A stretch of 64,000 bases of DNA from Sedimentisphaerales bacterium (GCA_040772485.1 JAXGYC010000007.1:800001-864000), one strand, 5' to 3'. Shown: positions 18,745 to 28,866, numbered from the stretch's first letter. Program-made: numbers and translations. The notes: a model not told the origin generated them from the letters alone.

Positions 18745-20112
18745 ATGGACAAGCATATGAATCGACGCGAATGCCTCAGGGCGCTCGGGCTGTCGGGACT
18801 GACGGCGGGACTCGGATTGACCGGCGCGCCGGCGTCTCACGCTCAAGGCGTTGGGGAATCGAGCGGGTTCCAGAGTTCGGTCATCGACGCTCACAAGGTT
18901 CAGGACACGCGCACCGCCGCAACGATCGTCGACGGCAAAGTGATCCAGCCGCAGCGAGAGCTGCCGATCCTCCGCCAAACTGACGTGCTCGTGGTCGGAG
19001 GCGGGTCGGCCGGCGTGGTCGCCGCCATTGCCGCCAGGCGTGCCGGTGCCAGCGTCACGCTGGTTGAGCGTTATGGCCACTTCGGAGGGCTCTGGACCGG
19101 CGGGCTTGTCGTGCTGATCATCGGGCACATCGCCAAAGGCGGCAAGCAGGTCTGCCAAGGCATCGGCGAAGAGATGATGCGACGGCTGGACAAGCTCGAC
19201 GGCGCGATCATCGACCGGCGTCCCGGCGTCAATCCCACCGTCGACGCCGAGGCCGCCAAATACATGATGGTCGAGATGATCGAGGAGGCGGGCGTCGACG
19301 TATTCCTTCACTGCTGGGGCGTCGACGCCATCGTCACCGAGAACAGCGTGCGTGGCGTCGTCTTTGAGAGCAAGTCGGGCCGGCAGGCCATCCTGGCCAA
19401 GACCGTGGTCGACGCCACCGGTGACGGCGACCTGTTCGCCGCGGCCGGGGCCGAATTCGAGCATCGTTCGCACAACGTCGGTCTCGTCTCGCGGATCGGC
19501 AACCTCGATCGGGTCGATGCCGAGAAGGCCGGGCAGGCCCCGAAACCAAGGCATTTGGGCTCGGCCACCCCCGTGCCCGGCGTCAATTGGGTCAACCTGA
19601 CCGGCCCGGAAGTGGATGGGCTGGACATCGCGACCCTGACGCGTATGGAGATGAAACACCGCAAATTCATCTGGAACAATGTCCAGAGGACCCGCCAGAC
19701 GCCGGGATACGAGAAGGTCTATCTGGTCGAGACCGCACCGCAGCTCGGCGTGCGCATCACCCGCGTCCTCAACGGTCTGAACCGTGTCAGGCTGTCGGAC
19801 CTGAGAGAGGCGACGAAGTTCCCCGACGTGGTCGGCGTAGGTGGTTCCTCGGGAGCGACCCACGGCGAGTGGCAGATTCCCTACGGGGCCCTGGTCCCCA
19901 CGAAGGTGGACAACGTGCTGGCGGCCGGCCGCTGCATCAGCGTCGACATGGGCATGGCGGACCTGGTGCGTCTGGTGCCCAACTGCTTCGTTACCGGTCA
20001 CGCCGCAGGCGTCGCGGCCGCGGTGGCCGTGAGGGACGACTGCCGGTCCCGGGACGTGGACATCGCGAAGGTCCAGAAGATCCTCCGGCAGCAGGAGGCC
20101 TATCTCGGGTGA
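18745..20112 (+). CDS. Tat-exported FAD-dependent oxidoreductase (FAD_oxidored family)
   Basis: Twin-arginine signal MNRRECL; DVLVVGGGSAG..AA.AA.R.G; VDATGDGD; IPYGALVP..DNVLAAGRCIS. Confidence 0.88.
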   Translation: MDKHMNRRECLRALGLSGLTAGLGLTGAPASHAQGVGESSGFQSSVIDAHKVQDTRTAATIVDGKVIQPQRELPILRQTDVLVVGGGSAGVVAAIAARRAGASVTLVERYGHFGGLWTGGLVVLIIGHIAKGGKQVCQGIGEEMMRRLDKLDGAIIDRRPGVNPTVDAEAAKYMMVEMIEEAGVDVFLHCWGVDAIVTENSVRGVVFESKSGRQAILAKTVVDATGDGDLFAAAGAEFEHRSHNVGLVSRIGNLDRVDAEKAGQAPKPRHLGSATPVPGVNWVNLTGPEVDGLDIATLTRMEMKHRKFIWNNVQRTRQTPGYEKVYLVETAPQLGVRITRVLNGLNRVRLSDLREATKFPDVVGVGGSSGATHGEWQIPYGALVPTKVDNVLAAGRCISVDMGMADLVRLVPNCFVTGHAAGVAAAVAVRDDCRSRDVDIAKVQKILRQQEAYLG

Positions 20113-21338
20113 ACAACCCTCTAGAGCCCAACAGGGAGTCGGGCAGAACAGAGGCCGCAAGACGCCGCCGCGTCCGATGGCTCGTCCGCGTTTCGTCGCT
20201 GGTTGTCGCTATCGTCCTGCTCCTGGCGGCCAAGCAGACGCGATGGCCGGTGCTGGTCCCGGCGTTGAGTCCCTTTATCGCCGTGGGCTCGATCCTGGCG
20301 ACGCGGGCGTTTGCTGTCGCGGCGTGTCTGGGATTGGCGGTGGGCTTAATCGCGATGCTGCGGCCGCGCTGGTTCTGCCGATGGGTTTGTCCCCTGGGCC
20401 TGTGCGCCGATGGCATGAGCTACATGGGCCGGCGCTGCGGCCGAGAATCTGTGAAGCGGCCCTCGATCGGCCGATGGATCGTGTTGCTGACCCTGGCGGG
20501 CGCCTGCCTGGGATATCCTCTTCTGCTATGGTTGGACCCGCTGGCGATATTCTCCGGCGCGTTCGGGGTCGCCGAATCGCGGACTGGCTGGCTGATGGTC
20601 CTGCCCCTGTTGCTGGTTCTGGCGACGAGCTTCGTATGGCCGCACATCTGGTGTGGCAGGATCTGCCCCCTGGGGGCACTTCAAGACGCACTGACCCATC
20701 TGGCCAGTCGCGCACGCCGCAAGCGTGCACAGCATTCGCCCGAGCGATGGAATCCACCGCTGGCCAGACGGACGGTCCTTGGCGTGGCCGCCGGCGCCGC
20801 TCTGGCCGGAATCGCCCGGTCCAGCCAAGGCTCCAGACCACGGCCGCTTCGTCCGCCCGGCGCGATCGACGAGCCGGAGTTTCTCGGCGTCTGCGTTCGC
20901 TGCGGCAACTGCGTCCGGGCATGCCCTACCCACATCATTGAGCCGTCTCTCGGCCGTCACGGACCGGCAGGTCTTCTGGCGCCCATCCTTCACTTCCAAG
21001 AAAACTACTGCCTGGTCGATTGCACAAAATGCACGCAGGTGTGCCCCAGCGGTGCGCTGGTGCGGCTGTCTCCCGACGGCAAAGCCAGCAGACCGATCGG
21101 GCTGCCACAGGTGGACATGAGCGTGTGCCTGCTGGCAGAGAGCCGCGAGTGCACGGAATGCGGCAGGTGGTGTCCGCACGCCGCGATTCGCTATGTGTGG
21201 TCCGAAACTGAATACACTCTGATCCCGGAAATCGACGCTCAGAAATGCACGGGTTGCGGCGCGTGCGAGGCGGCTTGTCCCACGAAGCCAAACAAAGCCA
21301 TTGTCGTTGTGGCCATTGAGAGAGCGGCCGGCGGATGA
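20109..21338 (+). CDS. Membrane 4Fe-4S protein (NapH/MauN-like TM part fused to a NapG/MauM-like polyferredoxin)
   Basis: GTG start overlaps the upstream TGA (GTGA); RWFCRWVCPLG, WCGRICPLG, LRPPGA..CVRCGNCVRACP and further CxxCxxxCP clusters. Confidence 0.85.
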   Translation: MNNPLEPNRESGRTEAARRRRVRWLVRVSSLVVAIVLLLAAKQTRWPVLVPALSPFIAVGSILATRAFAVAACLGLAVGLIAMLRPRWFCRWVCPLGLCADGMSYMGRRCGRESVKRPSIGRWIVLLTLAGACLGYPLLLWLDPLAIFSGAFGVAESRTGWLMVLPLLLVLATSFVWPHIWCGRICPLGALQDALTHLASRARRKRAQHSPERWNPPLARRTVLGVAAGAALAGIARSSQGSRPRPLRPPGAIDEPEFLGVCVRCGNCVRACPTHIIEPSLGRHGPAGLLAPILHFQENYCLVDCTKCTQVCPSGALVRLSPDGKASRPIGLPQVDMSVCLLAESRECTECGRWCPHAAIRYVWSETEYTLIPEIDAQKCTGCGACEAACPTKPNKAIVVVAIERAAGG

Positions 21339-21354
21339 GCTGCCGCGACCAACG

Positions 21355-23580
21355 TCACTTGTGCCTCTTCTTCTTCGCCTGGAGCTTTCGGGCGGGCTTG
21401 CGGGCATTGCGGCGAGGCTTACGATCCGATTCGCGCCGTGACTTGCCTCGGCCCTCGCCCAGAGGGCTGACGGGCGCAAGGCTCAACTGGCGTCCGGGAA
21501 CGTTGACCGAGACGATACGGACGTGCATGGGCTGGCCCAGATGGACCTCCTGGCCGCTGCGCTCGCCGACGACACACTGGGCGCCCTTGTTCAGCAGCCA
21601 CTTGTCGGGCCCGAGGTCTTCAAACTTGATGAGACCTTCGATTCCGAATTTCCGCGACTGAACAAACAGGCCGAACCCGGCCAATCCCGTCACGACGCAG
21701 TCGAGCTCTTCCCCGATTCGCTTGCTGAGCATTTGCAGCGTGAGGACGGCGACCAGGTCGCGCTCGGCGTCTTCGGCCCTCTGCTCGGTGAAGGTGATGT
21801 GCTTGCCCACCGCCGCAAGGTCCTGACCGGCAGCCACCTGCTTGGCGATGTCGATCCGATCCTGGAGGTGGAACTGCAACTGCCGGTGCACCAGCAGGTC
21901 CGCATAGCGCCGGATCGGGCTGGTGAAATGGCAGTAGTGCGTCGAGGCCAGGGCGTAATGGCCGATGTGCAGCGGCGCGTACTGGGCCTTCTCGAAGCTC
22001 CTGAGCACGACCAAGTTGACCGCCAGCGCACGCTCGGCGTCCTTGACGGAATCCAGCAGATCCTGGATCGCCCTGCGGTCCGGATTGCGGGGCATCGGGA
22101 ACCCCATCGTTCGCAGCAGTTTGGAGAGATTCCTGATGCTCAGCGCATCGGGCTCGGGGTGGATGCGGCGCATGAACGGCACATCCAGGCGGTCGAGCAG
22201 CGACGCGACGGCGTCGTTGGCCTCGACCATGAACATCTCGATGATCGTGTGCGGATAGCTGTTGTCGGCGGGATGGGCGTCCACGACCTGGCCCGACTCA
22301 TCGAAGTCCAGCTCGGGCTCGGGCAGGTCGAGATGAAGCATGCCGTTGTCCGCCCGGCGTTTCTCGATCCGCCGGGCGAGCGCCTCCATCTTAGCCAGCA
22401 ACTTGATGACCTCGGGCTTGGCGCCTTTGGTGTGGCCCTTGAGAATCCGGTCGGCCAGTTCGTAGGTCAGCCGGGCCTTGGAACGGATGATACTGTTGGC
22501 GAAGCGGCGATGCAGAATCTTCCCTGCGTCATCGTACGTAATGTAGACGCTCTTGGCGAATCGCGGCTGGTCTGGCTGGAGGCTGCAAATGCCGTTGCTG
22601 AGGACTTCCGGCAGCATGGGAATCGTCTTGCCCGGCAGGTAGACGCTGTTGCCTCGAAGGCGGGCCTCCTCATCCAGCGGCGAGCCGGCCGGGATGAAGT
22701 GGCTGACGTCCGCGATGTGCACGCCGAGCACCCAGTTGCCGTCGGTGGCGCTGTCCAGGCTGATCGCGTCGTCGAAATCCTTGGCGTCGGGCGGATCGAT
22801 CGTGACGATCATCTTGCCGCTGATGTCCTCTCGCTCGGCACCCGGTTCGGCGCCGAAGGCCGCAGCGGCGCTGCGCGCCTGTTCCAGGCACTCCTCATCG
22901 AATGCTCCCGGCAGATGGAACTGCCGCAGAACCGCTTGGATTTCCGTCTCGTACCGCCCGGCGCGGCCGAGCACCTCGACGATCACACCCCGCGCCAGGT
23001 ACTGCTCATTCGGATACGACAAGATCTCGACGACAACTTTGTCTTTCTCCTTGGCGTTCTTAGCCGCGACGTCTTCCACGACGATGGGCTCGATGAACCT
23101 GCTCCCATCCGGCTGAACGATCCACGCCTCCGGATGCCTGGTCAGGGTCCCGACGAACTGATTGTCGGCGCGTTCGAGCACCTCGATGATCTCACCCGTA
23201 TACCGGGTCTCGCGTCCCCGCACGCCTTTGCGCGTCGCCTTGGCAAGGACGGTGTCGCCGGTCATGGCGTCGCCTGTGCTGTCGGGGGGGATGAACAGAT
23301 CGCCGTGCGCGTTCGCTTCGAGCGGCACGACGAAGCCGAAACCTTTGGCGTTCTTGCGGAAGGTGCCGACAATCTGGCCGGCCATGCTGGGCAGGGTCAC
23401 AAGGTTGCCGCCCCCGATGACCACGTGCCCGGCGCGGCGCAGCTCTTCGAAGGCGGCTTTGAATTCCGAATAGGCGTCCGACTCCACGCCCAGCGCTTTG
23501 GCCAACTGCGCCACCTTCACAGGGGTGTAATCGGCATGCTGGAGCAGCTTGACAATCCGGTCTCGATACACGTTCGGCAT
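21355..23580 (-). CDS. rnr: Ribonuclease R
   Basis: Cold-shock domains (GFGFV..DLFIP); RNB catalytic TIDPPDAKDFDDAIS and HFTSPIRRYADL; S1 domain; basic tail. Confidence 0.95.
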   Translation of the reverse strand: MPNVYRDRIVKLLQHADYTPVKVAQLAKALGVESDAYSEFKAAFEELRRAGHVVIGGGNLVTLPSMAGQIVGTFRKNAKGFGFVVPLEANAHGDLFIPPDSTGDAMTGDTVLAKATRKGVRGRETRYTGEIIEVLERADNQFVGTLTRHPEAWIVQPDGSRFIEPIVVEDVAAKNAKEKDKVVVEILSYPNEQYLARGVIVEVLGRAGRYETEIQAVLRQFHLPGAFDEECLEQARSAAAAFGAEPGAEREDISGKMIVTIDPPDAKDFDDAISLDSATDGNWVLGVHIADVSHFIPAGSPLDEEARLRGNSVYLPGKTIPMLPEVLSNGICSLQPDQPRFAKSVYITYDDAGKILHRRFANSIIRSKARLTYELADRILKGHTKGAKPEVIKLLAKMEALARRIEKRRADNGMLHLDLPEPELDFDESGQVVDAHPADNSYPHTIIEMFMVEANDAVASLLDRLDVPFMRRIHPEPDALSIRNLSKLLRTMGFPMPRNPDRRAIQDLLDSVKDAERALAVNLVVLRSFEKAQYAPLHIGHYALASTHYCHFTSPIRRYADLLVHRQLQFHLQDRIDIAKQVAAGQDLAAVGKHITFTEQRAEDAERDLVAVLTLQMLSKRIGEELDCVVTGLAGFGLFVQSRKFGIEGLIKFEDLGPDKWLLNKGAQCVVGERSGQEVHLGQPMHVRIVSVNVPGRQLSLAPVSPLGEGRGKSRRESDRKPRRNARKPARKLQAKKKRHK

Positions 23581-23599
23581 AGGCCACTCCAATGAAAGC

Positions 23600-23633
23600 A
23601 GCACCCAACCGATTTCGTGATCGATTGGGTGCT
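23600..23633. terminator. Hairpin between rpsT and rnr
   Basis: AGCACCCAAcCGAT-ttcgtg-ATCGaTTGGGTGCT, near-perfect stem. Confidence 0.45.
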
Positions 23634-23704
23634 GGCGGTTTCCTACAGCGCCATCCTGTTCGCAGGCCGCCTCGGCGGACGCCGGGCCGGCCGCAACGCT
23701 CCGG

Positions 23705-23986
23705 CTAACTGGTCTGCTGCTTGGCTTTCAGCGCGTTGAGCCTCTTGGCCAGCCGGGACTTCTTCCGAGCAGCGGTTTTCTTGTGCATCGTGCTGGTGGA
23801 GGCCACCTTGTCGAGCTTTTTCACCGTCGCGCGGAATTCGGCGGTCGCCTGTTCGACGTTGCCCTCGCTCAAAGCGGTTTCGAGACGCTTGACCTGCGTC
23901 TTGACCTGGCTCCTGCGAGCCCGGTTGATCGTTCGTTTCTTGGCGTTCTGCCTGACTCTCTTCTTCGCTGATAACGAATGTGCCAC
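23705..23986 (-). CDS. rpsT: 30S ribosomal protein S20
   Basis: AHSLSAKKRVRQ..K..NRAR.S..KT..HKKTAARKKSRL; GTG start with GGAG SD. Confidence 0.97.
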   Translation of the reverse strand: MAHSLSAKKRVRQNAKKRTINRARRSQVKTQVKRLETALSEGNVEQATAEFRATVKKLDKVASTSTMHKKTAARKKSRLAKRLNALKAKQQTS

Positions 23987-24025
23987 GTTGTTCTCCTGGT
24001 CGTTCCCAAAACGCTACTGCAAAAC

Positions 24026-26176
24026 TCACTGAGAGGTTGGTTCCCTGAATCCGGCATCGCCGCCCGGGCCGTCGGGCCCGGCCGATTTCAGCTCGGCCCG
24101 AAGCCGATCCACCCGCTCGCTGACATCCTTGTACCCGAAATCGAGCTGGGCGATCCTCCGATACAACTCCAGCGCCCGGTCCCGGTCACCCTGCGACTCG
24201 TGCGCCAGGGCGAGATTATACCGCAATTCTTTGGCGATTGCATCATCTTTTATTTCGTAGGAATCGATGGCGCGGGAAAAAACATCGATGGCGTCGGCGT
24301 ACCAGCCCTTCATGAAGAAGCAGTAGCCGATCTTGTCCATGGCGGAGATCCGGCGGCGCGGGTCCTTCTGGGCGTCCTGGAACAGCGGAATGGCCTCATT
24401 GTAGCGCTCGTTCCGCATCAGCCGCAGCCCGTATTCGTATTTGGCGGACAGGTCTGTGGGGTAGTTCTCCACGCAAAGCCGGTAATGCTCCAGCTCCGTG
24501 CGGGCGAGGACCTCGGTCAGTTCCCTGACGCCGGCCTGGACCGCAGCATCGGACGGTTCGGCCTTTAGCTGCTTCTTGGCGGCCCGGAGCCTGCGCCGGC
24601 CCTGGCGGATGCGGAGCAGGCCCGCCCGCTCGGCGAATCGAAAGTCCTTGTGGCTCTCGGCCGCGTCGCTGAGCAACTGGATCGCCTCGTTTTCGGCGTC
24701 ATCCTGCTCCAAATCCGCCAAGGCATCGGCCAGATTGAAGACATTCTGGGCCACGTCCGGGTCCTTGGCGTAGGCCCGCCGGGCCTCCTCGACGGCGCTG
24801 AGCCGGTAGTCCTCTGTCTTGATCATCCGGTCCTGGGCGTACAGTCTGGCCTGTGTCTCGCGGTCCCGGATCGACTGGCGGAAGTCGCCCTCGACGCCGT
24901 ACTTGCCCTTGGACATCGTCAATTCGGCCGAGAGGTTCTTGAACTCGTCGGCCAGCTCCTTGTCGTCGGGCTTCATCCGCACGGCCCGCTGGCAGGCCGC
25001 CACCGCCTTGTCGTACTGCCCCATCGCCTTGTAACAGTCCTTCAACAGGATATAGGTCTGTAGGGAAGGTTTCTCGATGGCGTTGTTGGTCTGGAAGATC
25101 AGATTGGCGATCCAGTGTGCTGTTCGGTGGTACCCACCATCCACCGCCGCCTTGAGCATCGCTTCGGCGTAGGGTGTATGATCGGGGTCTTTCGCGAACA
25201 GATACTCGGCGTTGAGCATCTGTTCGAGCGGAGTTCTGCCACGCAAACGCCTGACCCGCTCGACCACGGAAGGCTTCTTGCCCCCCCGCCCTCGTCGCTG
25301 TAGCCCCAGCTCACACAAGGGCAGGTGTCCCTCCTCGAGCGCATCGGGCGCCCGCTGAAGACCTTCGAGGTACATCTCGATCGCGTAGTCGTAGTTCTTG
25401 CTCTCCGCGGCGCTGCGCGCCTTCTCAAAGAACGCCCTGGCGGCGGCCAGGTCACCCTGGTCCGACGGGGCGGCCGGGACAGACTCCTCCTGTTCTGCTC
25501 CCGCCGGGTCCTGAGCCTGAGGCGGGCGCGCCGCATTGACACGAGTCCGCTGGGGTCGCGCCTTGGTGGCGCCTGATACGGCGACCGGCGCGCCGGTGCC
25601 GGCGCGTCTGGCAGCCCCAAGCTTGCCGGCCAGGCGTTTGAGGTCTTCCGCCAGCATGAGATCATCAGGCTTGAGCCGTGCGGCACGCTGGCAGGCGGCC
25701 ACGGCGCGCTCGATCTGCCCGATCGCCTCGTAGGAATCTTTCAGCAGGATATAGACAGCCGCCGAGGGCTTGCGGGCATTGTTGTTGGCCAGGAACATCA
25801 GGTCCGCCATCCACTTGACCGTTTCGGTGTATCGACCCGCAACGGCGGCGCGTAGCACCGCTTCTCCGTAGGCCAGGTGCTGAGGGTCCTTGGCGAGAAG
25901 GTACTCGGCGTTGAGCATCTTCTCCAGCGGCGTGTCACCCTCTGAGAGCTTCTGCTCGACCTCCTCGGCCGATGGCCTGGCCCCGCCCCGCTCGTCGCGC
26001 CGCAGGGCCAGGACACGAAGATCTATGTGGCCGCCCTCGACCGTGTCGGGACTGTGGCGCAATCCCGCCAGATACGCATCGATGGCCCGGTCGAAATCGC
26101 CCGCCTCAAAAGCCTGGCGAGCTCGTTCGAAGTGGGCCTCGGCCTGCGCTTGTGCTTGAGCATCCGGTTCGGGCAT
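24026..26176 (-). CDS. Tetratricopeptide-repeat protein with a duplicated N-terminal domain
   Basis: TPR-like helices (AKYEYGLRLM..YNEAIPLFQ; LRYNLALAHE..ALELYRRI); two homologous ~170 aa blocks. Confidence 0.85.
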   Translation of the reverse strand: MPEPDAQAQAQAEAHFERARQAFEAGDFDRAIDAYLAGLRHSPDTVEGGHIDLRVLALRRDERGGARPSAEEVEQKLSEGDTPLEKMLNAEYLLAKDPQHLAYGEAVLRAAVAGRYTETVKWMADLMFLANNNARKPSAAVYILLKDSYEAIGQIERAVAACQRAARLKPDDLMLAEDLKRLAGKLGAARRAGTGAPVAVSGATKARPQRTRVNAARPPQAQDPAGAEQEESVPAAPSDQGDLAAARAFFEKARSAAESKNYDYAIEMYLEGLQRAPDALEEGHLPLCELGLQRRGRGGKKPSVVERVRRLRGRTPLEQMLNAEYLFAKDPDHTPYAEAMLKAAVDGGYHRTAHWIANLIFQTNNAIEKPSLQTYILLKDCYKAMGQYDKAVAACQRAVRMKPDDKELADEFKNLSAELTMSKGKYGVEGDFRQSIRDRETQARLYAQDRMIKTEDYRLSAVEEARRAYAKDPDVAQNVFNLADALADLEQDDAENEAIQLLSDAAESHKDFRFAERAGLLRIRQGRRRLRAAKKQLKAEPSDAAVQAGVRELTEVLARTELEHYRLCVENYPTDLSAKYEYGLRLMRNERYNEAIPLFQDAQKDPRRRISAMDKIGYCFFMKGWYADAIDVFSRAIDSYEIKDDAIAKELRYNLALAHESQGDRDRALELYRRIAQLDFGYKDVSERVDRLRAELKSAGPDGPGGDAGFREPTSQ

Positions 26177-26219
26177 AGCGGCAAGTGGATTATCACCTCA
26201 CATGGTATACAACTAACCA

Positions 26220-26247
26220 ACTGTAGTATTCGACCTGATTTTGTCAA
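26220..26247 (-). promoter_or_regulatory. Sigma70-type promoter for the TPR gene
   Basis: Minus strand TTGACA-N16-TACAGT. Confidence 0.45.
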
Positions 26248-26363
26248 CGAATAAATGCTTGCGTCTGCCATACCCCCCGCGTTATAAGAATTCGTTCGCC
26301 GGTTATCTGACCTTGCGGGGTTACAGCCGCCACGATGGACACGTCATTTAGGAAGAAGCAGGT

Positions 26364-27635
26364 ATGCAAACGGCTCTGGAGCAGTACGACCCTCAGATCT
26401 ACGAGCTGATTCGGCAGGAAGAGGCCCGACAGAGCGGCTCGATTCGGCTGATCCCCTCGGAGAACTACGTCTCGCGCGCCGTAATGATGGCCAGCGCGAG
26501 CTGTCTGACGAACAAGTACGCCGAAGGCTATCCCGGCAAACGCTACTACGAAGGCCAGCAGGTCACGGACCTGATTGAGAAACTGGCCCAGGACCGGGCC
26601 AAGGCGCTGTTCAAAGCCGATCACGCCAACGTCCAGCCCTACTCGGGCTCGGTGGCGAACCTGGCCGCCTACGCGGCGCTGATCGAGCCGGGTGACACAA
26701 TCATGGGCATGTCTCTGTCCCACGGTGGACACCTGACCCACGGCTGGAAGGTCTCTCTGACGAGCAAGTTCTACAATTCCGTCCCCTACTACGTGAACAC
26801 CGAGACCGGTGTGCTCGATTACGACGCCATTCGCGACCTCGCCAAGAAGCACCGTCCGAAGATCATCATCTCCGGGGCCACCGCCTATCCGAGAATCATC
26901 GACTTCGACATCTTCGGCCAGATCGCCAAAGAGGTCGGAGCGTTCCTCGTCAGCGACATCGCCCATATCGCGGGCCTGGTGGTCGCGGGCATCCACAAGA
27001 GCCCCGTGCCGTACGCGGACATCGTCTCGACGACGACCCACAAGACCCTGCGCGGTCCGCGCGGGGGCCTGCTGTTGTGCAAGGCCGAGCACGCCGCCAA
27101 GGTGGACAAGGCGGTCTTCCCCGGTCTCCAGGGCGGCCCGCACATGCATACGCTGACCGCGATCGCCGTGGCCATGGCCGAGGCCAACACGCCGGAATTC
27201 GTCGCCTATGCCACGCAGGTCGCCAGGAACGCCAAGGCGATGGCGAATAAGCTGCTCGAACATGGCTTCAAGCTGGTCACCGGAGGGACCGATAACCACC
27301 TGATCCTCATCGATCTGCGGAACAAGGAGATCCCGGGCAAGAAGCTGGCCAAGGCCCTGGACAGGGCGCGGATCGTCAGCAACTACAATACCGTCCCGGG
27401 CGACCCGGCCCCGCCGTTCAACCCCAGCGGCCTGAGGATCGGAACCCCGGCAATCACCACGCGGGGGATGAAAGAGCCGGAGGCCGAACAGATCGCGACC
27501 TTCATTCACCGGGTGGCCGAGAGCATCGACAACGAATCCGTCATCGAGCAGATCGGCAAAGAGGTCCTGTTGTTGTGCTCCCGGTTCCCGGTGCCCGAGC
27601 ACTTCATCATACCGCCGAAGAACGGACATCGGTGA
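26364..27635 (+). CDS. glyA: Serine hydroxymethyltransferase
   Basis: LIPSEN, NKYAEGYPGKRYY, HGGHLTHG, PLP lysine motif TTTHKTLRGPRGG, SGLRIGTPA.TTRG. Confidence 0.98.
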   Translation: MQTALEQYDPQIYELIRQEEARQSGSIRLIPSENYVSRAVMMASASCLTNKYAEGYPGKRYYEGQQVTDLIEKLAQDRAKALFKADHANVQPYSGSVANLAAYAALIEPGDTIMGMSLSHGGHLTHGWKVSLTSKFYNSVPYYVNTETGVLDYDAIRDLAKKHRPKIIISGATAYPRIIDFDIFGQIAKEVGAFLVSDIAHIAGLVVAGIHKSPVPYADIVSTTTHKTLRGPRGGLLLCKAEHAAKVDKAVFPGLQGGPHMHTLTAIAVAMAEANTPEFVAYATQVARNAKAMANKLLEHGFKLVTGGTDNHLILIDLRNKEIPGKKLAKALDRARIVSNYNTVPGDPAPPFNPSGLRIGTPAITTRGMKEPEAEQIATFIHRVAESIDNESVIEQIGKEVLLLCSRFPVPEHFIIPPKNGHR

Positions 27636-27768
27636 GACATCCGGCAAGAGTGCGGCGGGATGGAAATGTAAATCGGCGAATGATGTCGCCTGGTCTGAGA
27701 CGTGGTTGGTATGCGCGTGGCTTCCGGTCCTTCGCGAACAGAGCCGTCGATCACACGTAGCGTAACAC

Positions 27769-28866
27769 ATGGCAGAACAAATGTTGACAGCGGGCATCCT
27801 CGGCTTGGGCGGGACCGGACACCTTCTTCTGGAGTCGGCTCGACAGACCGGGCAGTTCCTCATCAAAGCCGTCGCGGATCAAGACCAGCAGCAGGTAGAA
27901 AAGACCGCTGCCGAGCTTCCGTGCGAGCCCTACACCGACTACCGGCAGATGATCGTTCAGAATCAACTCGACTGTCTTCTGGTCGCCACCGACATCCATC
28001 TCTGCGACGAGCACCTCAAAACGGCGATCCGAAAGAAGTTCCACGTGCTGAAGCTGGCCCCGCCCGCCAGGGATTACGAAGAGGCGCTTGAGTACGTCCA
28101 GATGGCGGAGTACGAGAAGGTCCGGTTCGCCATCGGCAATCCGGCCAGATTTCAGTCCAGCTACCTGGCCGCCCATGAGTTGATCGCCCAGGGACAGATC
28201 AAGAACGTGTTTCTCGTCACGGCCTACAGTGAAGCCGCAGACGTCGATCGGCCCGCCTGGCAGAGCGATCCCCGGCTGGCCGGAGGGGGCGTGCTGCTGC
28301 ACGATTGTCACCAGATCGTCGATCAGATCCTCTGGAACTTCTCTCTGCCTCAGCAAGTCTATGCCCTGACAACCAATCAGGCCCCCGACAAACAACAGCG
28401 GTTGTACCTGACGGAAGACACGGCGGTGATTTCCATGAAGTTCACCGACGCCCTGACCGCCAGCATCGTCGCCACGCGACGGAGCGATCAGGGCCCGACC
28501 CGAAGGGGCTTGCAGGTCTACGGCAAGGAGGCTCGCCTGACGATCACGGACAATCGGGTGATCCTCAGCACCGACTCCGGCCTGGACGATCAGGTCTGGC
28601 AATTCGAGGAAACCGAGCAGGACGCCATGCAGAGGCTGTTGTCCAGTTTCGCCCGGAGCGTTCGCGACCCGTCGGAGCACCCGCTGGCCAGCAGCGGCGC
28701 CGAGAACCTCAAGAACATGGCCGTGTTCGAATCCGCCTACCTGTCGGCGCGAACGGGTTTCCCCGAGGAGCCCATGCGAATCCTACAGATCACGCGAAAC
28801 GCCTCCGGCGCCGCCAGTCTCTCCGGCGCCGACATCGTCGCATACATACGCGATGCCGCATCGTGA
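27769..28866 (+). CDS. Gfo/Idh/MocA-family oxidoreductase-like protein (divergent active site)
   Basis: GILGLGGTG Rossmann start, YTDYRQM, W..DPRLAGGGVL; lacks the EKP motif. Confidence 0.8.
   Translation: MAEQMLTAGILGLGGTGHLLLESARQTGQFLIKAVADQDQQQVEKTAAELPCEPYTDYRQMIVQNQLDCLLVATDIHLCDEHLKTAIRKKFHVLKLAPPARDYEEALEYVQMAEYEKVRFAIGNPARFQSSYLAAHELIAQGQIKNVFLVTAYSEAADVDRPAWQSDPRLAGGGVLLHDCHQIVDQILWNFSLPQQVYALTTNQAPDKQQRLYLTEDTAVISMKFTDALTASIVATRRSDQGPTRRGLQVYGKEARLTITDNRVILSTDSGLDDQVWQFEETEQDAMQRLLSSFARSVRDPSEHPLASSGAENLKNMAVFESAYLSARTGFPEEPMRILQITRNASGAASLSGADIVAYIRDAAS

Noticed and set aside
19587..20108. N-terminal 174 aa of the listed 583 aa ORF
   Set aside because: Out-of-frame overlap with the flavoprotein gene; the real start is most likely the GTG at 20109.
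26280..26363. ZMP/ZTP or glycine riboswitch upstream of glyA
   Set aside because: The leader is short and I could not find the conserved aptamer motifs; an Rfam scan would settle it.
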